Source: an uncultured bacterium
GTDB taxonomy: Bacteria > Babelota > Babeliae > Babelales > CAIQNR01
Assembly: GCA_903873255.1 (NCBI GenBank)
Contig: CAIQNR010000040.1
Span: forward strand, 4,492-68,491
Reading direction: 5' to 3'
DNA: 64,000 nucleotides
A model generated the notes under the pieces. It saw only the letters and a list, made by a program, of their open reading frames with translations, searched no databases and was not told the DNA's origin. Position 1 is the first letter of the stretch. Every line of letters begins with the position of its first letter. This document shows, piece after piece, positions 1-9,804 of this stretch. Made by a program: the position numbers and the translations under genes.

Positions 1-4
1 TATT

Positions 5-1030
5 GTGAAAAAGGCGATTTTAGTAACGGGCGGAGCTGGATATATCGGCTCACATACAGCATGGTTATTAAATCAAAAAGGGTATCAGGTAGTTGTACTT
101 GATGCCCTTTTTCATAATCAAATATTTAATCATTCGTGGGCTGTGTTTGTTAAGGGTGATATTTCAGATACTATTCTTCTTCAAGAATTATGTGTCCGCT
201 ACAAATTTGAAGCAGTTATGCATTTTGCAGCATCTATAGAAGTTTCTGAATCTTGTAAAAATCCTGCTCAGTATTACCGAAATAATGTTATAAACACTCA
301 AATAATGCTTGATGTATGCCGTACTTATGGCATTACTAACATTATTTTTTCTTCATCATGCGCAGTGTATGGAAGTCCGTTGACTGATGTACTGAAAGAA
401 GATCATCCCAAGCATCCAATGAGTCCTTATGGTAGAACAAAATATATTGTTGAGATGATGCTGGAAGATTATGCAAAAGCGTATGGTATACAGTATGCTT
501 GTCTCCGTTATTTTAATGCAGCCGGTGCGCATTGCCAAGAAGGTTTGTATGAGCAACATTTTCCCGAAACACATGTTATTCCACTTTTGCTTTCTGCAGC
601 TTTGGAACATAAGCAGTTTTTTATTTTTGGGACCGATTACCCAACTTTTGATGGCACAGCAATTCGTGATTATGTGCATGTTCTTGATATTGGTGATGCC
701 CATGTAAAAGCTCTTGAATATTTGTGTAGTGGAGGGGTTTCAGATGTGTTTAATTTGGGTACGGGGCATGGGTTTTCTGTATTGCAATTATTTACGGCAG
801 TGGAAAATATTACACAAAAAAAGATTGCAGTTACGTATGGATTGCGTCGTCAAGGAGATCCTGCAAAATTGGTGGCAGATGCAACAAAATCACAATCAAT
901 TTTAGGTTGGCAACCGATTAATTCATCTTTTGAAAATATAATTACCAGCGCGCTGCAGGGGTATATTCAAAAAAATAATTCAGTATTGCAGCAATCTTTA
1001 TCTGATTGTGGCAAAGTGCATCAGATATAA
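5..1030 (+). CDS. galE: UDP-glucose 4-epimerase
   Basis: 341-aa ORF with a GTG start. N-terminal Rossmann motif VTGGAGYIGSH and SDR catalytic YxxxK (SPYGRTKY). Resembles the GalE family end to end. Confidence 0.9.
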   Translation: MKKAILVTGGAGYIGSHTAWLLNQKGYQVVVLDALFHNQIFNHSWAVFVKGDISDTILLQELCVRYKFEAVMHFAASIEVSESCKNPAQYYRNNVINTQIMLDVCRTYGITNIIFSSSCAVYGSPLTDVLKEDHPKHPMSPYGRTKYIVEMMLEDYAKAYGIQYACLRYFNAAGAHCQEGLYEQHFPETHVIPLLLSAALEHKQFFIFGTDYPTFDGTAIRDYVHVLDIGDAHVKALEYLCSGGVSDVFNLGTGHGFSVLQLFTAVENITQKKIAVTYGLRRQGDPAKLVADATKSQSILGWQPINSSFENIITSALQGYIQKNNSVLQQSLSDCGKVHQI

Positions 1031-1061
1031 ATTATTACATTCTTAAGAAAGGTTTAAATCT

Positions 1062-1574
1062 ATGAAGTTAAAGTTATTTTTGATGAGTTTGTGCCAGTTG
1101 TTTTCTTTCCAGGTTGATGCAAAAGCTTTAAAAAAGGGTGATATGGCACCCAATTTTTGTTTGTTCAATCAGGATTCTAAAGAAGTAAAATTATCAGATT
1201 ATCGTGGACAGAATGTTGCTGTTTATTTTTATCCAATGGATGGGTCATGGGGTTGCACACGTCAGGCATGTAGCTTGCGTGATGGATTTACAGATCTTAA
1301 AAATGCTGGAATTACCATTATTGGGATAAGCTCAGATTCTGTAAAATCTCATAAAAAGTTTCAAGAAAAGAACCATTTACCTTTTGTTATTTTAAGCGAT
1401 GCCAAGCAAAAAGTTGCTGAGCTTTATGGCGTAGCGCGAGGTTTTCTTTTTTCTTGGTTAGGCTCAAAAAGGGTAACTTTTTTGATCGGTAAGGATGGTC
1501 GTATTGTGGATGTACTTAAAAATATTGACCTTAAACATCATGCGGATCAAATTATTAAGATTTTTAAAAAATAA
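1062..1574 (+). CDS. bcp: Bcp-type thiol peroxidase (AhpC/TSA peroxiredoxin) with N-terminal signal peptide
   Basis: Peroxidatic/resolving Cys motif WGCTRQAC (Bcp CxxxxC), thioredoxin-fold length, and a hydrophobic N-terminus MKLKLFLMSLCQLFSFQVDA. Confidence 0.8.
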   Translation: MKLKLFLMSLCQLFSFQVDAKALKKGDMAPNFCLFNQDSKEVKLSDYRGQNVAVYFYPMDGSWGCTRQACSLRDGFTDLKNAGITIIGISSDSVKSHKKFQEKNHLPFVILSDAKQKVAELYGVARGFLFSWLGSKRVTFLIGKDGRIVDVLKNIDLKHHADQIIKIFKK

Positions 1575-1783
1575 GCATGCTCAATATTGATTAAATCTTT
1601 TTAAAAGTGAGTTTATAGCATTCTGCTAGAGGCTCACTTTTGCATTCTAGAGGCTTTTTTCTTATGATTTTTTCTTAAAATATAAGCCTAAAGGGTTCTT
1701 TTATTATAAAACTCTTGAATAATGCATGTCAGATTGGTTATGATGAACTTATAAGTTTAATTTCTATTAAAAGGAGGTTCATT

Positions 1784-2254
1784 ATGAACAAGAAATTATT
1801 ATTGCTGAGTTTGTTTTCGGTAACAGGACTCCCCATTGTAGCGGCAAGTATAGAACAAGATTCATCTTTATGGCAGGATGCTACCTATATATCTGGTCAT
1901 GATCGTATGGATGATCATGATGGCAAACATAGGGTAATAGAAAGGCAAAAAGGACATAAAAAACATGAAGAACGTTGTTCATGTCCTCGTAAAAATGAAG
2001 GTCATCATCATGGGGAACATAAACATGAAGCAAAAATTGCATATGAATATAGACCAATGTGTACCGAATGTAACATGCCAAAAAGACAAAGAGATATGAG
2101 TGCTGAAGAAATTCAACAAGCACAAGATGCAATGAATGCTGATAAGTCAATTGATACTGTATCGCAAGACCAACAAGTTGGTTCTGATATAGGTGAGTCG
2201 ATTATACCGGCTGACCGTGATGCTTCATCATCAGGGGATGATGCAAACATCTAA
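1784..2254 (+). CDS. hypothetical secreted His/Asp-rich protein
   Basis: The track ORF starts at 1715. The in-frame ATG at 1784 follows AAAGGAGG and yields a signal peptide (MNKKLLLLSLFSVTGLPIVAAS). The mature part is rich in H, D, E and K (GHHHGEHKHE). No recognisable domain. Confidence 0.6.
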   Translation: MNKKLLLLSLFSVTGLPIVAASIEQDSSLWQDATYISGHDRMDDHDGKHRVIERQKGHKKHEERCSCPRKNEGHHHGEHKHEAKIAYEYRPMCTECNMPKRQRDMSAEEIQQAQDAMNADKSIDTVSQDQQVGSDIGESIIPADRDASSSGDDANI

Positions 2255-2273
2255 TAAAAAAAGTAGATAAAAG

Positions 2274-2304
2274 AAAAAGGCCTGATTTTATTCAGGCCTT
2301 TTTT
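2274..2304. terminator. bidirectional rho-independent terminator
   Basis: A-run, AGGCCTGA stem (2278-2285), 6-nt loop, TCAGGCCT (2292-2299), then T-run. Lies between convergent genes. Confidence 0.75.
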
Positions 2305-2319
2305 GCGTCTTGTTGAATA

Positions 2320-4488
2320 TTAAATAGTGTAGGTGCTGGTTGTTACATTGAATGTTCCAGCTCCGCTTGTTCCAACGGTGATGGTAGTATTATTGAAGTA
2401 GCTAATAGATGTTATTTCCATACCATCAGTTGCTGTAAATCCTTTTGCTCCAGCAGACTTAAGAGCCGCCGCTTGTTTTTGTAATAATAGAGCTTGGTTA
2501 TTGAGTGTTGTAAGAACACCATTTCCATGCGCGGTAACTACATCATTAAATACTTCTTCAGCAACACATCTGGTTGTTGCGGTTCCTATTGCGCCTGTAA
2601 CAATGTATGAATTGCCATCATTAAATTTAAGTTTGGTAGAAGCTAGAGGAGTATCGGTAAATGCTGCTTTCATAGCGCCACAACGGCTGTATGCAAAAGC
2701 AACAGCATTATTATGGTTTTCTATTTGATCAGCTAACATTGTTGCAAGTGCATTTACGCTGTCAATAGGTGAAAGTTGAGGTCCAGAACTTCCTGCAGCT
2801 AGAGATCCACCAGGAGTTCCGCCCAATGCATTCCACATTACACTGTAGAGACTGTTTGGATTTTGTATGGTATTGCCATCTGTATCAGTACTGCCATAAA
2901 TATTATAACTTGGGGATTGTGTATCATCGTAAGTAAGTGTTGTGCCTGCTGGGAGATTGAGAGTAGTTCCAATTTGAGTCCAAATGTCAGGCAATTGTTC
3001 AATAATATCAGTTTCGTCAGCTACTGCGTTATTTATACCAGAGGTATATTTATCAAATGTTTGTAATGTGTAAGAAAGAAGTACATCTGAGCCTGTTAAC
3101 CATTGATCAAGAGAGCTACGTAATGTTGTTGCAAATGTTCCCATTGAGCTTAGTTGTGCTGGATCAAGTGCTGTGCCATCTGTTATAAGATAGTTATCTT
3201 TATTTCCTACAGGTCCATTAATACCACTTAATGCTTTACCTATTAAAACTAAATTAGGATCGGTAAGGGCGAGGTTTGATGCAGTTGAAGAACCTGAGGC
3301 ACCACTATCTCCTTTTGCAGCTGTAACTAATTTAGGGATAATATCAGCAAGATGATCACTCGTAATATCAAATGTAAAATTTGGAATCATTGAAGTGCCA
3401 TATGTGTAGGTTGAGATAAGAGAGTAGCCAGCATTAAGGTCTTTGAGCGCTCCTTGAATATTACTAGACCAATCTGAAACAGATGTAAGTACATTATAAT
3501 TGTAGGTTCCATTTGGTGATTGTTGATAAATATTAATTTCTTGATCAATTACACCAAATGCACTCATAGGGTTGGTCAAGCTATCCATTGGATCATTAAT
3601 TTGTTTTATTTTTGCAGCAAGTGCAGGCATGTCTGTTACTGTTTTGCCATCTGCGCTTAAGAATGTATCAAGTACAGTGCTAGAAGTAGCATCAACTCCT
3701 GTTTGGTTGAACGCTGTTGCAATAGCTACAACATTTTGGTCGGTTCCAATGGAAGTTGCACTTTGTGTTACAGGTGCAGGCATTGGGTTGAGTAGACCCT
3801 TGGTTATGCTTGCTGTCCAAGTGGTGAAGTTATTTGTAGCTGTTCCAATTGAAGCTGGAAGGCTAGAAAGAAATGTTTTGAAGTCATTTGAGCATTTAAC
3901 AAGGTTTGCCATATTAACGGTGCCGTCAGTATTAACCAAAGAGGTTGGCATATAAAATGTATTTAAATTTTGTGCAATTGTTATCACATTAGGATCTGCA
4001 TTAACAGGAGCAGCTGCCGCAGCTCCGCCAGTGCTGACAAGATTTGCAATTAGTGTATCAATATCTGATAAGAACATGAGTGGAGATCCGCCATTTCTTA
4101 TATAATCCTGTACTGCTTTAAGTGCCGCTTGTTCTGAAGGGACAGTCATTGTACCTCCTCTGCTTGGTAGTGCTTGTGCAAGAGCTGCTTGTGCGGCGTT
4201 TCCTGATGCAGCGCAAGCGTTTTCTGGTGTTGCACTGAATGTTTTTACAAAAGGAGTGTAAAAGTCGGGATAGTAGGTTGCAAAACTCGAAACCCCATTT
4301 GTTTGAATAGCGCTACATGCATTCATTAAGTTGCTACTTGAAACTCCATTTGTTTGTGCATCTTTTATGGCGTTGTGAAATTGATTGTCACGTATGTCAA
4401 TTATTTGACCATGACTCATGCTTTGTACGAGTAATGGAGTATGGAGTACTCCAAGTAGTAAAATGAGCTTTTGCGTTCTTTTATTCAT
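2320..4488 (-). CDS. large secreted/surface protein, unknown function (T/S/N/G/A-rich)
   Basis: 722-aa ORF with signal peptide MNKRTQKLILLLGVLHTPLLVQS and an AAGGAAG RBS. Starts 16 nt downstream of the OMP gene stop, so likely co-transcribed. No recognisable domain. Confidence 0.7.
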   Translation of the reverse strand: MNKRTQKLILLLGVLHTPLLVQSMSHGQIIDIRDNQFHNAIKDAQTNGVSSSNLMNACSAIQTNGVSSFATYYPDFYTPFVKTFSATPENACAASGNAAQAALAQALPSRGGTMTVPSEQAALKAVQDYIRNGGSPLMFLSDIDTLIANLVSTGGAAAAAPVNADPNVITIAQNLNTFYMPTSLVNTDGTVNMANLVKCSNDFKTFLSSLPASIGTATNNFTTWTASITKGLLNPMPAPVTQSATSIGTDQNVVAIATAFNQTGVDATSSTVLDTFLSADGKTVTDMPALAAKIKQINDPMDSLTNPMSAFGVIDQEINIYQQSPNGTYNYNVLTSVSDWSSNIQGALKDLNAGYSLISTYTYGTSMIPNFTFDITSDHLADIIPKLVTAAKGDSGASGSSTASNLALTDPNLVLIGKALSGINGPVGNKDNYLITDGTALDPAQLSSMGTFATTLRSSLDQWLTGSDVLLSYTLQTFDKYTSGINNAVADETDIIEQLPDIWTQIGTTLNLPAGTTLTYDDTQSPSYNIYGSTDTDGNTIQNPNSLYSVMWNALGGTPGGSLAAGSSGPQLSPIDSVNALATMLADQIENHNNAVAFAYSRCGAMKAAFTDTPLASTKLKFNDGNSYIVTGAIGTATTRCVAEEVFNDVVTAHGNGVLTTLNNQALLLQKQAAALKSAGAKGFTATDGMEITSISYFNNTTITVGTSGAGTFNVTTSTYTI

Positions 4489-4504
4489 AGTTCTTCCTTT
4501 TTTA

Positions 4505-5977
4505 TTAGAACGTTATTTGAAATTTTCCCCAGAAAGTAAATCTGTCTATAGCATTATTTTGTTTTGAAACTTCGTATGATCCGCCAAGTTCACACAAGAA
4601 TGGATGTTCACTTGCAGTATAGTAGCCAAGTGTGCCGTAAAGGGAGTTTACAAAAAGATTGGTGTTAGCAGCAGATGTAAGGTCGATATCTTCGTATTTA
4701 ATTTGGGCTCCTCCTGCAACAGCACCACTTGAAGCGAGCGATCCAATAGTGCTTAGTAAGTTTGAAGAATTGTCATCAGAAAAATCAGCAACTTCTGGCC
4801 CAAGTATCCAGTCATTTACAAAGCGAATGTTTTCAGATTCTCGTATAAATGAGGTGGTACCAATTGTTGCATTAAAATGTCCTTGAATAAATGAAAAACT
4901 GAAAGTTGAATAGTTTGAAAAACCTGGAGTAACATACACATCTTGCGTCATTAAATTGATGCCGAATGTTTTTTTACCAAGTGATTGCATAGTATTGAGA
5001 GTTGAGTTTCTGTCTGCTTCATTCTTATACATTGCAAGGTAGCGAGTCCATTGACCGCGATTAAGATCAAATGATCTTTTTTGTTTATTTTCTACAAGAT
5101 ATTGATTTTTTGATGACCAAGTAAACCAGATATGAGCACCATTTTTTTCATGGATTAGTGTGTGACCGTATGCTCCAAGAATGATTCCGGCATGTTTATT
5201 GTTTCCACGTATAGGTTCCCAGAGATACACAGCATTCGGACGGTTACTGGTAGGTATTATTACCCCAATATAAGGAGCAAGGTAGCTTGTTTTTCTATCC
5301 ATAAAATCATAACCAAGTTGTAAGAAGATATCGCCAAGCCCGCGACTGCTTTGTGCCCCATCAATTCTTCCATAGAGTAATCCAGGTTGTTTAAATGCAT
5401 TAGTCATGTTTATTGAATTTACAGGAAGACCATCAAGGCCAAGATGCGTAGTATTAATTGAGCCACCAGTTTCTAGAATTGCTTCATCAAGACCTAGATC
5501 ATTACTTACATTTATAAAAGGGACTTCTGCAGTTGCCCACCATCTTTCTTTAAAACCATAGCGAGCGCTGATTCCAAACCCACTAAAAGTTTGTTTTGGG
5601 TTAAAGGAAATAACACTGGATTGGTTGCCAAGGGTGGTCATAATATTGAAGTTGTATCCAATAATATCCTGAAATGATGAGGTATCACTTACAGGATCTT
5701 CGTTAGTTAGTAAGGATGATTTGTTCTTGATAAGAAAGAAGGTGTTGAGATCTTCTTTATTGGTTGATTTACCACCAAAAACAACGGCTGAAATTTCTGT
5801 TTTATTAAGTACGCTTCCATCTTCAAATTCTTGATCAAAAACAGTTGAGTGGGTTATGTCAGTTGGAATAAATGAGAATGGCTGTGCTGATAAAAAACTC
5901 TTTCCAGAAAGATTTGAACCTTGTAACGGGTGCATGAGAATCAGAAATATTCCTATATATTTACTAAGATTCCTCAT
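4505..5977 (-). CDS. outer-membrane beta-barrel protein (porin-like), paralog of 30120..31736
   Basis: The track ORF extends to 6157. The ATG at 5977 has an AAGGAG RBS and gives signal peptide MRNLSKYIGIFLILMHPLQG. This start also removes the overlap with hisS. C-terminus ...WGKFQITF ends in the terminal Phe typical of OMPs, with alternating beta-strand-like pattern. Shares GLGD..L..Y and GNNxH blocks with the 30120 ORF. Confidence 0.65.
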   Translation of the reverse strand: MRNLSKYIGIFLILMHPLQGSNLSGKSFLSAQPFSFIPTDITHSTVFDQEFEDGSVLNKTEISAVVFGGKSTNKEDLNTFFLIKNKSSLLTNEDPVSDTSSFQDIIGYNFNIMTTLGNQSSVISFNPKQTFSGFGISARYGFKERWWATAEVPFINVSNDLGLDEAILETGGSINTTHLGLDGLPVNSINMTNAFKQPGLLYGRIDGAQSSRGLGDIFLQLGYDFMDRKTSYLAPYIGVIIPTSNRPNAVYLWEPIRGNNKHAGIILGAYGHTLIHEKNGAHIWFTWSSKNQYLVENKQKRSFDLNRGQWTRYLAMYKNEADRNSTLNTMQSLGKKTFGINLMTQDVYVTPGFSNYSTFSFSFIQGHFNATIGTTSFIRESENIRFVNDWILGPEVADFSDDNSSNLLSTIGSLASSGAVAGGAQIKYEDIDLTSAANTNLFVNSLYGTLGYYTASEHPFLCELGGSYEVSKQNNAIDRFTFWGKFQITF

Positions 5978-6147
5978 AAATGTCTCCTTTGTGTGATATA
6001 ATTTATATTTCCAATTCATAGCATTATTAAAAAACAAAAGGCAATTTTTTAGGTTATTTTTATTTATATATCCAATTGGCGTTATCGTTGATCCATGGTA
6101 AACTTTTAAATAATTTAGATTAAAAACTTCTTTTTTTTGGGGTGCAT

Positions 6148-7401
6148 ATGATTTCACGAGTACGCGGCACGCGCGATATTGTTGATGGAATAGCTATGGA
6201 ACATCTTTGTATGTTACTAGAAAAGCACCTTAAAAATTATCGTTATAGCCAAATATATCTTCCACTTATTGAATCAACCGATTTATTTAAGCGTTCTTTG
6301 GGCCAAGAAACTGATGTTGTTTCTAAAGAGATGTTTGTGGTTACCTCGTCGTCTGGTCAATCAGATGAAGAAATTTGTCTGCGTCCAGAAGCAACTGCTT
6401 CTACCGTAAGGGCATTTGTAGAAAATGGTATTCAGCAAACACCCTGGAAGGTTTTTACTATTGGGGAAATGTTTCGCTATGAACGGCCTCAAAAAGGAAG
6501 ATTTAGACAGTTTTATCAATGTAGTATGGAAGTTATAGGTTCTGCATGTGTTGCCGAAGATGTGCTTTTTATTCAAATGCTTAACAATTTTTTTTCTCAG
6601 CAATGTGGTTTTTTAGAGTATGGCCTTCATATCAATTATTTAGGATGCCATGCAGATAGATCCGCGCTTAAAGAGCAGTTACATACATTTTTAGAAGAAC
6701 ATATAAGTGCATTATGTGATACCTGCAAAAAAAGAAAAGACACTAATATTTTGCGTATTTTTGATTGTAAAAGCTCAGAATGCCAAAAAATTTATAGCAA
6801 TGCTCCGGTCATTACCAGCGTTTTGTGCGCAGAGTGTGATTATGAATGGAAGCAACTTCAAAATAACTTAGAAGAACTTTCTGTAACATTTTCTCATAAT
6901 CCTTGTCTTGTTCGAGGCCTTGATTATTACAATAAAACAGTTTTTGAATTTGTAAGTCCGCTGCTTGGAGCGCAAAGTGCTTTTTGTGGGGGTGGTCGTT
7001 ACGATGGATTAGTACAAGCTGTTGGTGGCAAAGAGGATCAACCTTCTATTGGTGCAGCAATTGGTATTGATCGTGTTCTTATGATGTTTGAAGTATTGGG
7101 AAAGAGTTTTATTGGTAATAGTAAGCCGCTCCATGTTGTGCTTCCTTTGTCTCAAGAAGAACAAAGCGCGGCATTGCAAATAGTCAGTGAACTCCATAAA
7201 CATGATTTGTGTGCAGATGTTCTTTTTGATAAATCAATAAAAAATTTGATGCGCAAAGCAAATAAACTTGGTGCAAAAGTAGCGCTGCTTCTTGGTTCCC
7301 AAGAACGTGAAAATGGGACTGTTACTGTTAAAAATATGATGACAGGGCAAGAAACAGTAGTTAAGCAAATTGAGATTGCTCAATTTCTTAAAAATAATTA
7401 A
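6148..7401 (+). CDS. hisS: histidine--tRNA ligase
   Basis: Class II aaRS HisS motifs: RGTRD near the N-terminus, FRYERPQKGRFRQF (motif 2) and GGGRYDGL (motif 3). ATG at 6148 lies 5 nt after GGGG; a GTG at 6142 is also possible. Confidence 0.9.
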   Translation: MISRVRGTRDIVDGIAMEHLCMLLEKHLKNYRYSQIYLPLIESTDLFKRSLGQETDVVSKEMFVVTSSSGQSDEEICLRPEATASTVRAFVENGIQQTPWKVFTIGEMFRYERPQKGRFRQFYQCSMEVIGSACVAEDVLFIQMLNNFFSQQCGFLEYGLHINYLGCHADRSALKEQLHTFLEEHISALCDTCKKRKDTNILRIFDCKSSECQKIYSNAPVITSVLCAECDYEWKQLQNNLEELSVTFSHNPCLVRGLDYYNKTVFEFVSPLLGAQSAFCGGGRYDGLVQAVGGKEDQPSIGAAIGIDRVLMMFEVLGKSFIGNSKPLHVVLPLSQEEQSAALQIVSELHKHDLCADVLFDKSIKNLMRKANKLGAKVALLLGSQERENGTVTVKNMMTGQETVVKQIEIAQFLKNN

Positions 7402-7763
7402 TAGTTGTTTTCGCAAAAAGCGTTTTCGAGATACGTAACTTTTTGAGTTACTCCATCAACCAGTGCCACGTCAAAGCGATAGGTTGCATCACGGTACTTA
7501 TGCTGAGATATAAAATATTTTGCGGTAAGAATAATTTTTTTTTGTTTAGAAAGCGTAATAACTTCTGACGTATTGAAGTAGTTATTAGTCCGTGTTTTAA
7601 CTTCTACAAATGTAAGAATGTCTGCTTTTTGTGCAATAATATCAACTTCTCCACCGCGAATAGAAAAGTTTTTCATTAGAATAGTAAAACCATTTTTAAT
7701 CAAATAAAGAGCAACGGCAAGTTCGCCATTATTACCAAGTGTTTTTTTAGAAGAAGTTAACAT
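7398..7763 (-). CDS. yraN: YraN-family (UPF0102) endonuclease-like protein
   Basis: 121 aa; GELAVALYL..GF.IL..N....GEVDIIA......FVEVKTR pattern typical of YraN. Confidence 0.75.
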   Translation of the reverse strand: MLTSSKKTLGNNGELAVALYLIKNGFTILMKNFSIRGGEVDIIAQKADILTFVEVKTRTNNYFNTSEVITLSKQKKIILTAKYFISQHKYRDATYRFDVALVDGVTQKVTYLENAFCENNY

Positions 7764-8595
7764 ATGATTTTTTTGGTTGTGCTGATGCTATTTTTGTTAC
7801 TTGAGATCCGCCTGGATATGAAGCCAATTTTTGCCCTATAAAAGCAGCGCGCGGTGCATCTTTTTGTGCAAATGCAAGGCGATAGTCAAGCTCAAGTACT
7901 AAAAAATCAATGTTATCGACGGCAGCAGTAGTGAATGTTTTTTTGATATGAGTAAGTCGTTTTTCTGCAGCAGCATAACTTCCTTTTTTAATATATTGAT
8001 TAAATATATCAGTATTGTGTTCATATAATTTTCTATAGCAAAAGTTACGTATTTGAATGATATCGTCTTTAAATGGATGTTCTTTTTTAAGAAGGCTGTC
8101 TGCTAAATCGATAATTTCTTGGGTAGTTTTTTGGTCTCGATCATGGGTTGGAAGACAATAATAATAACTTACTATTGCTTTATATTGTGCATATTCAAGG
8201 TGTCTATCCGCAGGATATAATTTTATGAATTCATTATATTTTTCACCAGCAGTTTTCCACATACCTTTTTCAAAATAGATATCTGCTATTTCTATGCGAG
8301 CTTCTTTTGCAGCAGCCAAATTTTTAGTTATAAGAATTAATTGTTCAAGCCCTTTAATTGCTTCATCAAAATATTCAAGTGATAAGCAAACGTTACAATA
8401 ATCCCGTAATTCTTCTTCGGTCATAGATTTTATAAGTTTACGAGAAATTTCATTATAACGTTTTTTGAGTGCATTTTTTGCTTGTTTATTATTTTTTTGA
8501 GTAGTGTGTTTATTGATAAGTGGATCTGGATGTTGGGGATTGGCTACAATTTTAAGGCAAAGGGTTAAGAGAACTATTTTAAAAACTATGTTCAT
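7747..8595 (-). CDS. BamD/YfiO-like TPR outer-membrane assembly lipoprotein (putative)
   Basis: Signal peptide plus TPR-like helical repeats. YNEFIKLYP...AQYKAIVSYYY...RDQ...YIKKGSYAAAEKR parallels the BamD architecture. Not verified by profile search. Confidence 0.5.
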   Translation of the reverse strand: MNIVFKIVLLTLCLKIVANPQHPDPLINKHTTQKNNKQAKNALKKRYNEISRKLIKSMTEEELRDYCNVCLSLEYFDEAIKGLEQLILITKNLAAAKEARIEIADIYFEKGMWKTAGEKYNEFIKLYPADRHLEYAQYKAIVSYYYCLPTHDRDQKTTQEIIDLADSLLKKEHPFKDDIIQIRNFCYRKLYEHNTDIFNQYIKKGSYAAAEKRLTHIKKTFTTAAVDNIDFLVLELDYRLAFAQKDAPRAAFIGQKLASYPGGSQVTKIASAQPKKSYVNFF

Positions 8596-8597
8596 AG

Positions 8598-8975
8598 TTA
8601 ATCTGCCTTGGATGGGTTAAATTCAGGAGCATTTGGATTATAGATATGCGCTCGATGCTTAGGTGTCCAAGCTGTCCAAACAGTATGTTCTTTAGGAGCT
8701 GGCCAGTAGGCAAGCCCATGTTTTTTTAAGAAATCTTTAAATATGAAGAGATATTTATAGTTAGGATTTTTTTTAATGAGCTCCATTTGGAGATCTTCTT
8801 GGCGATCAAATGCTTCTTCTGTGAGTTTACTGATATATTCAGATTTTTTTTGAGCCTTTATTGCTTCAGAGCGTTGTTGTTCTAATCGGTGAATTGTTTG
8901 AATTAAACCTGTTTTGTCATCATTTCCAAAAAGTGGGCATGCAATTAAAGTAAAAATTAAAACTAAAAATATCAT
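8598..8975 (-). CDS. hypothetical lipoprotein
   Basis: N-terminus MIFLVLIFTLIAC carries a lipobox (L-I-A-C). No recognisable domain. Confidence 0.55.
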   Translation of the reverse strand: MIFLVLIFTLIACPLFGNDDKTGLIQTIHRLEQQRSEAIKAQKKSEYISKLTEEAFDRQEDLQMELIKKNPNYKYLFIFKDFLKKHGLAYWPAPKEHTVWTAWTPKHRAHIYNPNAPEFNPSKAD

Positions 8976-9083
8976 ATTCTTTGTTCCAGATAAAAAGGGT
9001 TATTAGCTCAACATTAGAGTGCCAGTTTTCTGAAAATCTTCAAGTATAGGTATTTGAATAAGCTTAAATCATCCAAATATGAT

Positions 9084-9596
9084 CTATTTATAAGTTAGAG
9101 ATTGAAATATTGGTAGGCGGTGATCACTAGGAATAAAAGAAATGATACATCTTTCTGGGCAGTACTGTTTTTTTGATGGCAATGTTGTGTATCCATAGCT
9201 TTCTATTATTTCTCTAAATAGTTCTTTTCCTAAGAGCTCTTCTCCCATTTTTTGAAAAGCTGCAGATGTTTTATCGCTTTCAGAAATTTTAATACTAAGT
9301 GTTCTGTTTTTTTCTTGTAACATTCTTATTTTTCTCAAGACATCTAAATTTCTTGGAATGCAAGTGCTTCTGTGGAGTTCAATTTCTGTATAAACGGTTT
9401 CTTTTTGTTCAATTGCTAATTCATTGCGCCAGTCTTGTTGAATTATATATCGCCCGATTATTTCTTCTATAGGCATAGGTGGTGTAGTTATTTTAAAAAA
9501 TGTATCAAGATTATTACTATTTGTAGGTGAAGTTGGTTCAGAAGCGCTGTAGCTATAGGGTGTGAAAAAGATAGAGAGTAAAATTAATAATATCAT
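9084..9596 (-). CDS. hypothetical secreted protein
   Basis: Signal peptide MILLILLSIFFTPYSYSA. No recognisable domain. Confidence 0.55.
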   Translation of the reverse strand: MILLILLSIFFTPYSYSASEPTSPTNSNNLDTFFKITTPPMPIEEIIGRYIIQQDWRNELAIEQKETVYTEIELHRSTCIPRNLDVLRKIRMLQEKNRTLSIKISESDKTSAAFQKMGEELLGKELFREIIESYGYTTLPSKKQYCPERCIISFIPSDHRLPIFQSLTYK

Positions 9597-9804
9597 GAAA
9601 TACCTTACTAGAGTAATAGATTGTTTGTCAGAATGCGTTGATTATTATGGTGACAGTTTTTTATAAATATTCAAGTATAAATATTTATACTAAGCTTGAA
9701 TGTTACTATTTTTTATTATGACTTATCATTTATGACTCGAGTTTGATATCTTTTATGATATTCATGTTAAGTATTGTAAAAAAGGTTTTTATTGGAGAAT
9801 TTTT

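Noticed and set aside
356-703. Numerous 60-130-aa ORFs antisense to, or out of frame within, long genes. Examples: 356..703, 3572..3955, 10150..10464, 45420..45788, 46003..46329, 50845..51180, 51697..52083, 61083..61382.
   Set aside because: They lie entirely inside well-supported genes, have odd composition and no RBS, and are typical shadow ORFs of AT-rich DNA.
5978-6157. Track ORF 4505..6157 extends 60 codons upstream of the signal peptide and overlaps the hisS start.
   Set aside because: The extension has no RBS and its sequence does not look protein-like. The ATG at 5977 has an AAGGAG RBS and gives a proper signal peptide, so I shortened the CDS.
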